64,000 nucleotides of DNA from Eledone cirrhosa. Taxonomy: Eukaryota. A program made the translations under genes and the position numbers. The notes under the pieces were generated by a model. It searched no databases. It was not told the DNA's origin and saw only the letters and a list, made by a program, of their open reading frames with translations. The stretch is from contig OZ024745.1 in NCBI GenBank assembly GCA_964016885.1, forward strand, positions 70,122,001 through 70,186,000, given 5' to 3'. Of the stretch, positions 27,995 through 41,595 are shown in pieces. The stretch's first letter is position 1. The number at the start of each line of letters is the position of its first letter.

Positions 27995-30839
27995 TAGCAT
28001 TGTTGCTTGGAAATAGCGATCTATACTTGAATGTATGTATAGTGTATTTGGCAATATGCTGCATGTTTAATTAAAAACATTTTGAAGACAATTCGTTATG
28101 AGTCTTAAAGTAGTGACTATGTCACTTACTTATTCTCGGCAAAAGCAAAGAAGAGTGACCGACAGTCCTGTTTCTCGCTCGTTAGTGTTTGTCAAGACCA
28201 CTCACTCCCTTGCTTCTGTCGAGAAGCTGGATTCTTATAGAATTCCTGGGATTGTAAAGTCAATCGTTAGCTGCAAATGGTATCGCTCGAATTTGAAACA
28301 CTGCTCCCCAGATCTACAAAAGAAAGCGAGGTAAAACGAACAATGATTTGACTGAACAATGGTTTGACTGATTTGAAGCATGATACGTGGAGATAGACTA
28401 TTTAAACTGGGCTTGGTGTTTCGTTGGCAGCGAGAACTATTGGTCCGAGGTCGGCGGTGAGGTAAAGATTGTCGATGGAAAGCTGGCGATGTGAATACTC
28501 TGCCTGAATTGGCTTGCGGTTTCCTATCTGCTGGCGTTTGGATGTTGGAGCCGTGTTAAAACTGGAAATATATATATATATACATGTGTGTGTGTACATG
28601 TTTATATATGTATATATATATATAGTAAAAGAATGAAGAATAACATATTCGGCTGAACAAAAAGGGTTTATTTACAGTATTAACACTTGTTTCATGAATC
28701 AGGTGAGTCTTCTATAAGCGGCTGATCGTTAGAAATTACGTCACTTGACTTTACTTACAGTGTCTGCCTGATCAAATCACTAGAACATGATGATATATAT
28801 ATATTTATATAGTTTAATAAATGGGACTGCGTGTGCTTGTTTGTACATCGCTCTTTAGGTGTGTTTCTCACATAGCGTAGCGGTTGGAGATCGACCTGGG
28901 ATGATGGTAATCAACTTAATCTCCTCACAGAGATGGTGCTACAACACATGGGACACAGTTCAATGAGTGTAACTAATAAAAGACTACTTCAAATTCATAC
29001 GAAAATCATATTCTTTTAATTACATTCAACGCATAAAATATTAATGCATATTATTTATGTCTCTCCTAGGTAAGTTCCATTTTGAAGACATTAAAAGTTA
29101 AAACGTACTTCAATTAGGGTAAGTATTAAAAACGTTTTTATACAAATATACTGCTAAAGGAATGTTTTTTAACCAGTCGGTTTCAATATTAAACAACGCT
29201 TGTTGATATATATACGTACACACAAACGCAACTCTGTCACTCTCTCTCTCTCTCTCGTTCTCTCTCTCTCTTCCTCTCTCTGTCTTCCTCTCTCCCTCTC
29301 TCTCTCGTTCTCTCTCACACACACACACCCACAGCAACACATATGCAACTTATATATATGTGAATGTGTGTCTTTGTGTACGGTTGTAGATTTATAGGTA
29401 TATAAACGAAAACATTTAGTGATGTAGTGGGTCTAGATCATATAAATATTTCAAGCGTTGACCTAATATATTCCTTCCATATCCTGTACCGATTGTGTTG
29501 TTATTTCTGCTTATATATATGTATATAGAAGTGTGTGTGTATATTTGGTCAACGGTACACATCGTAGAGATCTAGGGAAGACTGACAAATGTAATTATTA
29601 GAAGTGCTCTGTAACCGTAAACTTTGTTCAAATCACTAAAATGATTTAAAATCCGACGTCAGTTCTTGTCATAGATATTTTATCATGTTTGATACTGTTT
29701 CTGTCAATTGAATACACGTAAATTTAATTATATTTTGGGGGTGTATATCTCGTTACAAATCCACGTGATTGATAACAATCCCAATATAATTACTTCAATA
29801 TTTAGATTACATCGGATATTACTTTTGAAAATCTTAGTGCATTTCTATGGTGTAGTTTATTTAGCATAATGTTTGGGTTTTATTTTTCTCTTTTCATGAT
29901 ATTCAACGTTAAATCTCGCCACAAAAAAAGTATATATCGCCGTAAAGCAGCTAGTAAAAGAGATTAATGCTCATAAATACAGATTTTATTTTATTTAATG
30001 TATATAATTAATGTATATAATTTTGACGGATGATATAATGAAAATGTTGAGTTTCTAAGAAGAAATAGTTATTCTAGTAAATTGTGGAGTATGTAACGCA
30101 AACACATACACATTCCCCACGTTCACAAAGAAACATGTACCCACACGAACGCATGTTTACACTCCTCATATATATATATATATATACTCATTAAAACAAC
30201 AGCTGCAGGTCGCACTGGGTAATATACTTTAGATTTTTAATTCTATGAGAGCTCTATACATATTTCGATTGGCCAGCTCTATCATCCGATTATGATGCAA
30301 GACTAGGCGATCTAATCAGGTGCTATTTGCAGAATTATGTAAAAGGATTATGTTGAACCCAAATATAGGATGGAAGATAGAACAAAAAATAGAAGATAGA
30401 AATAGAAAATTCGAATCGGGCACAGCCTGTTAATTTGGTGTTATAACGATAGCAGCCGGCCCCCATCTGCTATCGATATAATACCAAATTATTGAAAGAA
30501 GGTTTAACTTTTTAGTTTCATATTTGCGTTCTCCTTTCTTTATGGAGTTTGGATAATAATTTTGTATCTGAAAATATTTCAGTTTGAAATCGGATCAGAT
30601 TAGAAAGCAGTATTGTGTTGCATTTACTATAAATGAACAAAGGTTCTGTTGATTTTTTTTTTTTTTTTTTTTTTGTATCGGTTTCAACTACTTGTGTTCC
30701 AGTTGTCTGAACGACGAAGCTACTTGCTTTAGCAAATCGTTGAGCATGTGCATCCCTAATGGATTTTTCAGGGAGATTCACTGTGAAACGTTGTATAAAC
30801 AGTTATAAATTCTAGTCATTTGAATGAGGAAAACAGCTT

Positions 30840-30975
30840 ATTTCTTCCAACTAAATGGACTGGAACAACATGAAATAAGTTGGCTTTTTCAAGGGCATAC
30901 CTAACCGCCAGGAATTGAACTCAAGACCATACGGTCTGGCGTTGAACATTCCAGACACTAAGCGTCGCGGCTTCA
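30840..30975 (-). mobile_element. Degenerate tRNA/CORE-type SINE
   Basis: Reverse B box GGAATTGAACTC and reverse CORE-like ACATGAAATAAGTTGGCTTTTTCAAGGGCA. Confidence 0.55.
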
Positions 30976-32182
30976 CTAGTTATAGATAACGTTAACTGGT
31001 AATTATTTGCTCAATATATATAATGTATAATTCAGTAATCTAAAAGTTAGTTGGAAAAAAATAAGAGTAATTCAAATTGGAGAAATATCGCCTACTACAG
31101 TTTTCAGTTGACCAATGATTTATGTGTGAAATTTGGTAAACGAAACTGCGTAGACACTCTTTGTATACACACACAAACGTATGTGTGTGTAGATGTGTAG
31201 GTGTGTTCTTCTCTGGTTATATTTACTGTATGTTTATAACATGTCACATCGTGAGTTAACAAAAGAAAAGAACGATAAAGTAAGTACCATAATTGTATGA
31301 ATATTATGTATTGGATTTGATGTGATTGTCTAAACCATTTTCATGTCGTTATTCGTGGTCGCCGTCTAATAACTGCAACTAGTAAATTAATATAAATAAG
31401 CTAGACCAACAAATAATTGCTGTTGTAATGACGTTTCTATTATCTATGTGAATTTAGTAACCATGGGTTCCAGACTAAGCTTCGCAACAAACATAAATAA
31501 ATAAATGGAAAGTGATATAGTAATTATATTGAGCATGCTTTCATGAATATGAAGAATGAAGGATCAAAGTATTATTTATAGTATTTATGTAAGATTTCGC
31601 TTTTATATGATGTTAAGAATAAAATCAATATGTGGAAATGTTTTCGCTGATAGAATTGACCATATGTTGTTTGTGCAGATCAACAGCTGTCATATCTAGT
31701 CTCCGGCTTGTCTATGCAGCCAGGGAAATTGATGCACCTTAAGTGTTGGACGTAAATTGCTTCTGGCAAATTTTCAGCATATTCAGAACTGTTTTCCGAA
31801 GAATGTGATGAAGACGTCTATCCCTATATTTTAATTATTTTTCATCCAGATTTTCCAACAAATCAATTATCCGTGCCAAATTTAATATTCTTGTCAAGAT
31901 TCTATCTCATCGGTCTGTCGCTACAGTTTCATTTCAGATAATTTTATGTCTACGTAATAGCACTCGCATACAAATGCCCCCCCCCCCTACAACACCACAC
32001 ATATATCTTTCTTTATATATACATACATTCTCTCTCATTATATATACATACATTCGTAGACCCCCCCCCACACACACACACACATATATATACATATATT
32101 ATATATACTGGAGGGAATGTCCCTATTTAAAATTGTTGATAAATTGATTAAATGTTGGTCGATTTTCGCTGACCATTATAAT

Positions 32183-32370
32183 AATTGTTTCTACATTTGG
32201 CACAAGACCAGCAAATTACCAGTACATTACTGGTACTTTATTTTATTGACCCCATAAGGATGAAAGGCAAAGTTAACCTCGACGGGATTTGAACTCAAAC
32301 CGTAAAGGGACGTAACTATGCTAGAAAGCATGGCGTCCAACCCTCTACCGGTACTGCCAATCCCCCGCCC
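32183..32370 (-). mobile_element. Full-length S1 SINE with 17-bp TSD
   Basis: TSD CTGACCA(T/G)TATAATAAT at 32169-32185 and 32370-32386. Confidence 0.9.
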
Positions 32371-32707
32371 TGACCAGTATAATAATAGAAGTAAATTACG
32401 GTGTTAATATTTTTGCCTCTGTGTTTTTATCATCTGCGTAAGGCCTCGACTACTTCATCAGGAATTCAGGCGGTATGCGGGTCATTGCATGATGAATGCG
32501 CTCCTCCAATTGAGTCAGTGATTTTTGTTTTAAGCAAGAGTTTTATACGGATAAATCGCATGGCTAAGTCAGGGCTTCATGAAGAAGGGTTCTACATTGC
32601 ATTAATAGGAAGTCATTGATGTGGCCACAGTAAATCAAAAGCTATAATTTTCAATAGCGAGTTTCATAACACCCGCCCTGTATATTTAGGAATATATATA
32701 TATATAC

Positions 32708-32773
<66 letters not shown>

Positions 32774-32784
32774 TAAAATACGGT

Positions 32785-32896
32785 TTATTGAGCCCTCTTT
32801 GGATTTTAGTCTTCAAATTTATTATTATTACTATATATATATATATATAGTAATAATAATAAATTTGAAGACTAAAATCCAAAGAGGGCTCGATAA
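32785..32896. repeat. ~110-bp palindrome centred on (TA)n
   Basis: GAGCCCTCTTTGGATTTTAGTCTTCAAATTTATTATTATTAC-(TA)n-GTAATAATAATAAATTTGAAGACTAAAATCCAAAGAGGGCTC. Confidence 0.95.
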
Positions 32897-32967
32897 GGTA
32901 GTTTCAGAACATCCCGTTAAGGGTGAAATAAGCGATTCTTTGCTTAAACTTTAATCTGTTATTTTAA

Positions 32968-33005
<38 letters not shown>

Positions 33006-33272
33006 CGTGTGTGTGTCTCTCTCTCTATATATGTATATATATGTATATATATACATACATATATGTAAGTATATATATATATATATATACATACATATAT
33101 GTAAGTATATATATACATACATATATGTAAGTATATATATACATACATATATGTATGTATGTAAGTATATATACGTGTGTAGGTGTCTAGAAATGTTGAA
33201 CGTAAGAATGAGGTTTCAATACCAATAGTGATTAATAATCTATTCTTAAAGATTGCAATCGCAATTTTTATC

Positions 33273-33343
<71 letters not shown>

Positions 33344-33377
33344 TCTCTCTCTCTCTCTCTCTCTTCATATATATATG

Positions 33378-33414
<37 letters not shown>

Positions 33415-33420
33415 ATATAT

Positions 33421-34376
33421 ATTGGTAAACGGAAAAGAAAATGCTAACAAATTGTTCACAGTGAAAAATAGTTTAATTAGGAATAAGTGAGAATTAGTAA
33501 TAGTATTGGTTAGTATTCAGTTTTGGTTTTAAGTTTTACCGGTTGTGCATTTCTAATGCTTTTCAAAAAACATTTTGAGATAGAGCTGTCGTGATGTTTG
33601 CTCTGATCTGATTAGTTTTGGAAATTCTACCTGTTTTATGTGAAAAATGTGGCTCCAGAGGTATTAAAATAAGTTTCGCGCCAATTTGTGTTGCAAAAAT
33701 TATTGTGGTCAAAACAATTTTGATTGGTCGGTAGAGGTCATGTGAATGTTAAAAATTGATTGACATGTTAAAATATCCCCCACATACTTACAGACACATT
33801 CCTACTGACCATCCCTCTACCACGAATTACTCTGCTACACACACACACACACTTGTCTTAATAGGCATTTGAACTGTCAACAGGCTGCAGTTTGTACACA
33901 CATCCCTGCTGACCATTATCACAACAACGAACCTCTTTACTACTACTACACACACACACACACACATATTTGTTTTGAAAGACTTATTTTTCAGTGACTT
34001 CTCAATCAGCCGACACAAATCTACATTTGGCGCAAAATCAATTTTTAACATTCACATGACCTCTACCGACCATTCAAAATTGTTTTGACCACAATAATTT
34101 TTGCAACACGAATTGGCGCGAAACTTATTTTAATACATCTGGAGCCACATTTTTCACATAAAACAGGTAGAATTTCCAAAACTAATCAGATTAGCGCAAA
34201 CATCACGAGGGCTGTATCTCAAAATTATTTTTGAAAAGCATCAGAAATGCGCAACCGGTAAAACTTAAAACCAAAACTGAATACTAACCAATACTATTAC
34301 TAATTTTCACTTATTCCTAATTAAACTATCTGTCACTGTGAACAATTTGTCAGCATTTTCTTTTCCGTTTACCAAT
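33421..34376. mobile_element. Fold-back element (family H3): 340-bp inverted arms, ~275-bp spacer and an HHR-like motif in each arm
   Basis: Arms 33421-33761 and 34036-34376 are reverse complements. Motif at 34228-34263: TTT-TTGAAAA-GCAT cagaa ATGC-GCAA-CCGG-TA-AAA. The left end abuts (TA)n. Confidence 0.88.
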
Positions 34377-34410
34377 ATATCATAACTTGTGTGTTACACC
34401 TCTATTCGTT

Positions 34411-34448
<38 letters not shown>

Positions 34449-35119
34449 AAAGTTAAACAAGGTTCAATGAATAAATCAAAGACAAATAACATGAATAAAT
34501 CAAACAAATAACATCATATACAACTACATAGGTTAATTACTAATTATGAAAACTTAATTAATAAAAAAAGTGAATTATTCTCAAACTGCCTTCATAAAGC
34601 TTTGTCTACATTCCAAGCCTCGCAAAAGTCAGGAAAAAACACTAAACAATCAGGTTTTAATTTTTGACGTCTCTTATCAACTGTTGGACCTAAAACGTTA
34701 TAACAGTTTATAAAACTTTAATAGTACTTTAAAAATCATTTATGATATAATTAATGTTAGAATGAAGGATCCTGTTTAGGTATATAAACATATTATTTGT
34801 TAACTTGTTCTCTTGATACACCTTTGGATTATTTTAGATATTTATAATTTAGATTCGGATCTTTATATATTTGTCTCTGTTTTATATATATAATTTGGAT
34901 ATTTAACTTGTAAGATTACTTATAATTGAACCGTAGATCATTCATGCATTTATATATATTACTCATTTTGGGTATGTTTTGGGACTCAGAAAGTTAGATT
35001 TGCACATATATATTTTTTATATGTATCTAGGTATAAATATAACAAACCATACTAGTCGACAAATATTGGTCCCTCTTTCCACTGAACTGGAGGTAAAACT
35101 ACAATTATAGCATTACTAA

Positions 35120-35310
35120 TAATTGTTTCTACTTTAGGCACAAGGCCAGCAATTATCCAGTACATTACTGGTACTTTATTTTATCGACCCCGTAAGGATG
35201 AAAGGCAAAGTTAACCTTGGCGGGATTTGAACTCAGACCGTAAAGGGACGTAACTATGCTAGAAAGCATGGTGTCCAACCCTCTACCGATACTGCTAATT
35301 CACCGCCTTT
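35120..35310 (-). mobile_element. Full-length S1 SINE with 19-bp TSD, nested in the H1 element
   Basis: TSD TTATAGCATTACTAATAAT at 35105-35123 and 35309-35327. Confidence 0.92.
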
Positions 35311-36692
35311 ATAGCATTACTAATAATGATTGTAATTATTTATTCATTATATGTATATCGTTTCACTAATACCTCCTATAATACTCTCTGTATATAGTTG
35401 TACAAATATGTTTATCTAGTATAATAACATGCTCGTAGTTACATTTATAAGTAATTTAGATACTCAAATGACTCTCTATTCTTATAAGTGTTAGATATTC
35501 TCTTGATGTTCGAAATTATATAATGATTATTACTTAATTTAATTAAATTTAGTTTACCTTCGGCTCTTTCAAATCTTTAGCTCCTCTTTCTATCACCTTC
35601 GCTGGACATTTTAGAAGTATCTTTTGTCTACTATATATTAAAACCCTCTTGCATTTTAAACTATATTTTTTAATATTGGGCATTTTTAGGTTTCGCAAAC
35701 AATTCATTATTTTTTCACTTTTTATTTTGTATCTAGTCATTATCCTTAGGACTCATGAAGTTTTGATTTATATATTTATAGTATATATCTATTAAATGAT
35801 CCTTTTACAATAATTGATCTAAAACATTAATTTTTAACAATATTTTCAGTAACTTATTTACTATATTGTATTATGTTATGTATATTTGAAAGGTATCATC
35901 TTAAGTCTTTAGACAATATAATCTTTGTGTATTTATTTTTATAAACACATATATGTAATTTAAAATTCAGATCTCTTTAAGTTTAATTATAAGGCCTGTT
36001 GATCCTTTAGGCACTCAAATTGTTAATCATAAATTCTTTAAAAATTATAACTGTGATTATTTTCTAAATCATATTATATAAACTGTTGTCAATATTATAA
36101 ATAATTTTGGTAAAGTTTACCTTCGTGAGGTTGTAAAAACATTATGCTTTCTTTCTCGTGTTTGTAAATCCTTTAAATTTGATTTTAGAAACTAAATCTG
36201 ATAGCATACTTTAATATTAATACAGAAACCTATTAACTTTTATAACCTAAAATATTATTCATTACTCTGAACTAACTTAAATTAAATATTTTGAATATTA
36301 ACAGTCAACCAAATAAGTTTATATATATATTGTATATATTGATAATTGTCTAAAAACTTGAACATAAGTTTATTCCACTTTGTCTCTCTCTCTGTAATCA
36401 ACTCTCTTTTCTTTTTCGAGGTCCCTACTAACTATATTATCCCATCAGCTGTTTCTTCCTCTATGCTTTCCTTTCTTTCCTCTTTCTTCAGTAATTTAAA
36501 TTATTTAACAGTTATATTGATGCCAAATATTTGTTAAGCTGTTTCACACGCACACTCTCTATTGTATATATTATATATTTTTCTCATGTTCTCAATATTA
36601 AGGTATATAAATATTGAGTTTGGTCATATTTTACTCACTACCATGACTGAATCTTAACCATCTACTATGTCAGGGTATGTCATGCATCATCT

Positions 36693-36759
36693 TATTTTAT
36701 CTGATGAAGATGTACTGTTGAAGTTAACTCAGTACCTCTGAAATATGTATAATAAAATA
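36693..36759 (+). ncRNA. Minimal type-I hammerhead ribozyme (family H1)
   Basis: TATTTTAT-CTGATGA-AGAtGTACTG ttgaagttaact CAGTACcTCT-GAAA-TATGTA-TA-ATAAAATA. Confidence 0.8.
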
Positions 36760-36799
36760 TAATTGATCACAATAATATCTATTTTGTTAATATTTTGAA

Positions 36800-36852
<53 letters not shown>

Positions 36853-36983
36853 GTGAGGTTTTTTTTACAAAATGAAAAATAACCGAGGTGTCCTACACGA
36901 GTGGAAGTATAAAGAAAAAGGGATGAAATCGAAAATGCAACTGAAGTCTTATTTTTTTTTTAAATATATATATTTATTTGGTT

Positions 36984-37021
36984 CCTTTACCGGTTTCGCA
37001 GTTCTTCTGCTTTTCAAAAGG
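36984..37021 (-). ncRNA. Minimal hammerhead with U3:A8 core variant (family H2)
   Basis: Minus strand: CCTT-TTGAAAA-GCAG aagaa CTGC-GAAA-CCGG-TA-AAGG. Confidence 0.65.
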
Positions 37022-37091
37022 TGAGTTGAGATGGAGGGTCTGTGGTTTTTCTCACATCTGAGAAAAACCACAGACCCTCCATCTCAACCCA

Positions 37092-37129
37092 CCTTTTGAA
37101 AAGCAGAAGAACTGCGAAACCGGTAAAGG
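37092..37129 (+). ncRNA. Minimal hammerhead with U3:A8 core variant (family H2)
   Basis: CCTT-TTGAAAA-GCAG aagaa CTGC-GAAA-CCGG-TA-AAGG. Confidence 0.65.
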
Positions 37130-37198
37130 AACCAAATAAATATATATATTTTTAAAAAAAATAAGACTTCAGTTGCATTTTCGATTTCATCCCTTTTT

Positions 37199-37302
<104 letters not shown>

Positions 37303-38203
37303 CGTAGATAGGTATATAGATAGATGTAAGTATATATGTAAGCCTATGTATAGTAAAAGTGCCTAATATTTTTCTGTATGTAAACATGATGAGCCCTTTG
37401 GTTGAAGGATTTCAAGCCTGAATAAACAAATATTCACATTAACGTCACATACTTTAGTGTGCACATTAAAATACTTAGGATACTAGATGTTAAAGAGAAG
37501 AAAGCAAGCATAAATAAATTATATTTGGCATAGTGTGTATGTGCGCGTGTTTACCTTTATCTTTGGCATAGTGTGTGTGTTTTTACCTTTGGCATAGTGT
37601 TTGTGTGTTTTTACGTTTGACATAATGTTTGCGTTTTTATGTTTAGAATTTCTAGATGTTTGAGTAGGTAATCTCTGAAACGGCTGTTATATAGCATTGT
37701 GTGGAGCTAGGGATTATATTCATAGGTATGAAATAAACATATTCGTGTTTCAGATAAAAGAATTTAGCTTTTATACCATTCAGTGGTCCTACACATTTTT
37801 AGTAACCAATCAATAATGTCATTATACCTTATCCACAATCAATTAGTAACGTCATTAATTCTAGTCTGATATTAGAGGAAAAAACAAAATACCTATGAAA
37901 CTTATTTTAATTACTAAGGCGTACATCATTTACATTTACACTGATCATGGTTAAGTAGACGTTCTAGAACAAATAGATTACAGGTAATGACCGATTGGCG
38001 GAATGGTTTCGATGATCATTTCACAATAATAAGGTATATGATTTGATCCCAATGTGTGGTCTCATTGACAAGTATCATATATTGGAATCTTAATTTGAAC
38101 CGAGCTTTGCAAGCGAAGTTGAATAATCAGAAAATTTCGGAAGACCGTCGGATGGATTTGAAAGACCACTATGTAATTTGAAAGACCACTATGTATACAT
38201 ATA

Positions 38204-38360
<157 letters not shown>

Positions 38361-41300
38361 TACTTATGTCCATATTATCGACGGAATCAAGCCCGAGCCA
38401 TCATCATAGTTACAGTCAACTGGTTGGTGTCTATGTATATATATTATATAAGTTTCAACAGAGGATTTCGAAATGAAATCCATATCATAAAATGACGTAG
38501 TCCTTTGCGAGGACCAATATAACATGTAAAGCTAACTAAAGGACTTTCTGAACATTTATATAATATATATTCAATAATTGATTAGCATATATTAAAAGAA
38601 TCTTATTCGGGCGCAATTAAACTAGACCGCTTGCATTCATTTATTCCTTTTTTTTTCTTATATTTTCTGCTATTTATTGCAACCAACTGTATTTACAGTT
38701 ATTTTCTGCTTCTGAGTTTTATACGTCTCCTATAAAACGAATGTTTAGCACTGGAATAACTTTGATTGTAGGTGTATTTGATCAGAACTTACCTGATGCT
38801 AAACAACGGCAAAACCAAAACAGACAAGTGCAAAAACAATAACATCTTCAGCAATAAGTCCACAACCATTAGAAAATATTCCACTCTGAGTAACAGCAAT
38901 AACAATCCATCACAACAAAAAAGAGTAAGAATCATAACAATTATCTATCGAAAGAATAGCTGCTTCTCTCACTTTAATCAGCTTCTGAAAATTCCCATTT
39001 CCATGCAGTTATATATATATGCGGCATGCTAGCATTATAGATACTAAATCTTTAACGTAGAACACTTCTTTCAGTGGACGGCGATATATATAAAATAAAA
39101 ATTGCATCAAGACGAAATAACAGCAAATGTATAAAATTCAAAGCATCTCAACAGTTTCCAATGATATAAGAGATTTTCAGTGTAGATATATGAATACTTC
39201 AGTAGAAGCAAAACAATCAACTCATAAAATTACTGTTTCATAGTGAACGAAATGTTTAAATTTTCAGAGCATATGTGGGTAACATAAGTGAGTCGATTTG
39301 GTGTTAGTAATTCTTGTAGGATATTTGTTGCATTGTCAAAAGGGCTATGGAATGATTTGGCAGACCTTGCTTGAGTTTTCTTTGTTTAAACAGTGTGGTG
39401 AATGCGGCTGTTTGTGCGTTTGTGGATTGCATTTGCTTGACTTCGAGGAAATATATATATATATGGAAAATTATAGATGTGAAGATACTGCTAAGACTTT
39501 ATATAGTCATGATTATCGAATTAGTTACTATATTAACAGTTTTCACTATGAGTAGCTTTTCAAAGTTTCGATTTAATCTGTTCGGCCATGGAAGATATTT
39601 TACACATGAAGCATAGTATTGTATTACGTCGTTTTTAAGACACAGCGGGTTATATCCTTATTCCTGCGTATGCCGTCATTTATATGTATATGCAAATATA
39701 TATGCATGTCTGTGTGCTATTGCATACATATACGAATGTATATATACATATTTGTACACATGTATACACTATTGGATATCTATTGACTTTCCTATGTTCC
39801 TACCACCGTTGAAGGGTTTTGGTTTTCATCCTGCTGGATGTACAGACATCACCCTGTCAAAATGGCAGCTTTGTATGTTTGCCAGTTTAGTCATCGACAC
39901 CCCAATCATATGACAGGCTGTAAAGGGCTATATGTTACTAGTTTCCCTAAGGAGTGACCTGACATAAACGTACATATACACACTTATACATACATACATG
40001 CAGACATTCATAAATACATGGATACATACGTACACATATATGTGGTTAATGAATATATCTAACACGTATTCACGTAGTGGTATGTAACATATTTAGTAAA
40101 CTAGGTTATCTTTCCTTATTCCTTAAAAAAGAATTACAGCGAATGCTTCAAGACCCAGTTGTAAAATGTTTAGAATAATATTAATATAATGTAATTGAAA
40201 AATTACTGTTATGGCTCATGTTCATTGCTGAATTGGAAAATCGAATTCCTTTAAAGTAAACAATCTATTGAAAGCCAAAATTCTTCCTCACAGTTTACAA
40301 ACATGCAGATTCTCATTGCCTTTCAAATACATTAGATACACTAGCTATGTAAAATATATTTCACACAACTAACCTCACAGAACTGTTGGCATTTGGCCAA
40401 CAGAGCTATAATAATGCGAGCAAGAAGTTTAAATTAAATTTTATCTTCAACAAACACCATCGCTCTAACAATAACAAAAACATCATCAACAATGATACCA
40501 TCAACATATAAGTAAGGCATATGAAAGTGTTATTTTAGCTTAGCAATATCGTATAATATTATTGAACTGTTTATAGGACTGTTTTGGTGGCTGATGGTCG
40601 AATGTGGTGTTCATCGTCATAACAATGATATATTTCTCCTTATTTATTATGATGCCAGTGATGATGAGGAGATGGTAATAGTTGGGATGGCAGTGATGTT
40701 GGTAGTGATGATATTACTAGTGGTTATTGCTGAAGAGTATAACGCAGAGAGAGAAATCTTGAAATTTCATGTGATATTGTTAATCTATACTGGAGGTTTT
40801 GCAATGGACATATTGATAAAAAAACACATCGATTAATCAATACTGATGCAATGAACCAGGATAAATTGAATATTTTATTATTAAAATTTTATATATATAA
40901 CTAAATATCGGCATGTGTATTTGTTTGAGTTTATCAGGTCTAAAAGCGTTGCATGGGAAACAGTTAGTGTTTGAAGCTAAACAGTAAACATAAGCCAGTG
41001 TAACTAATATGACTACTATTACACATAAATATATCTTAGACAAACACGTGACCATAAAGGCAATTGAATTGGGATATAGTCGATTGAATTTAAAATATGG
41101 CCAGCAGCATGGCCGTTGATTAAGTGGTTTGCTTCGCAACAAGACCCATTGCACGAGAAACCTATAATTACTATAGCCTAGAGTTAAACACTGTCTGTAG
41201 ACAGACACTGTACAAAGGCACATCTTATATATATATATATATATGTGTGTGTTTGTGTGTGTGTATGGATGTTTGTATGTATGTAAGAATGTATGTATAT

Positions 41301-41512
41301 ATGTATTTTATTTATTTATTGGTATCTACCTGTATCTTGTAGATAAATTCATGTAGTCCAGAATTAATAATTTCAACGTGATCAGATTTAATCTTTTTGT
41401 AGTCGGCTCCCTTATATCGGGCTTGGTTGAGCATACTAAACGAACAAGTGTGTCACACACACATATACGTTGAACAATGAAAATAAGCACTCTACCCACT
41501 AAGCAACGTGCG

Positions 41513-41595
<83 letters not shown>

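Larger units (their letters stand above)
34445..36802 (+). mobile_element. Long AT-rich PLE-derived element (family H1), (TA)n-flanked, with a 3' HHR
   Basis: Collinear homology with 57548-59188. The 5' end has vestigial GIY-YIG C-terminal codons (TRFNE...QTAFIKL...LNNQ). HHR at 36693-36759. Confidence 0.8.

Noticed and set aside
30680-30800. Possible minus-strand host exon (NLPEKSIRDAHAQRFAK after a TTTCACAG acceptor); similar candidates at 31680-31830 and 47220-47395
   Set aside because: No recognisable protein similarity or consistent donor sites; RNA-seq or homology evidence would be needed.
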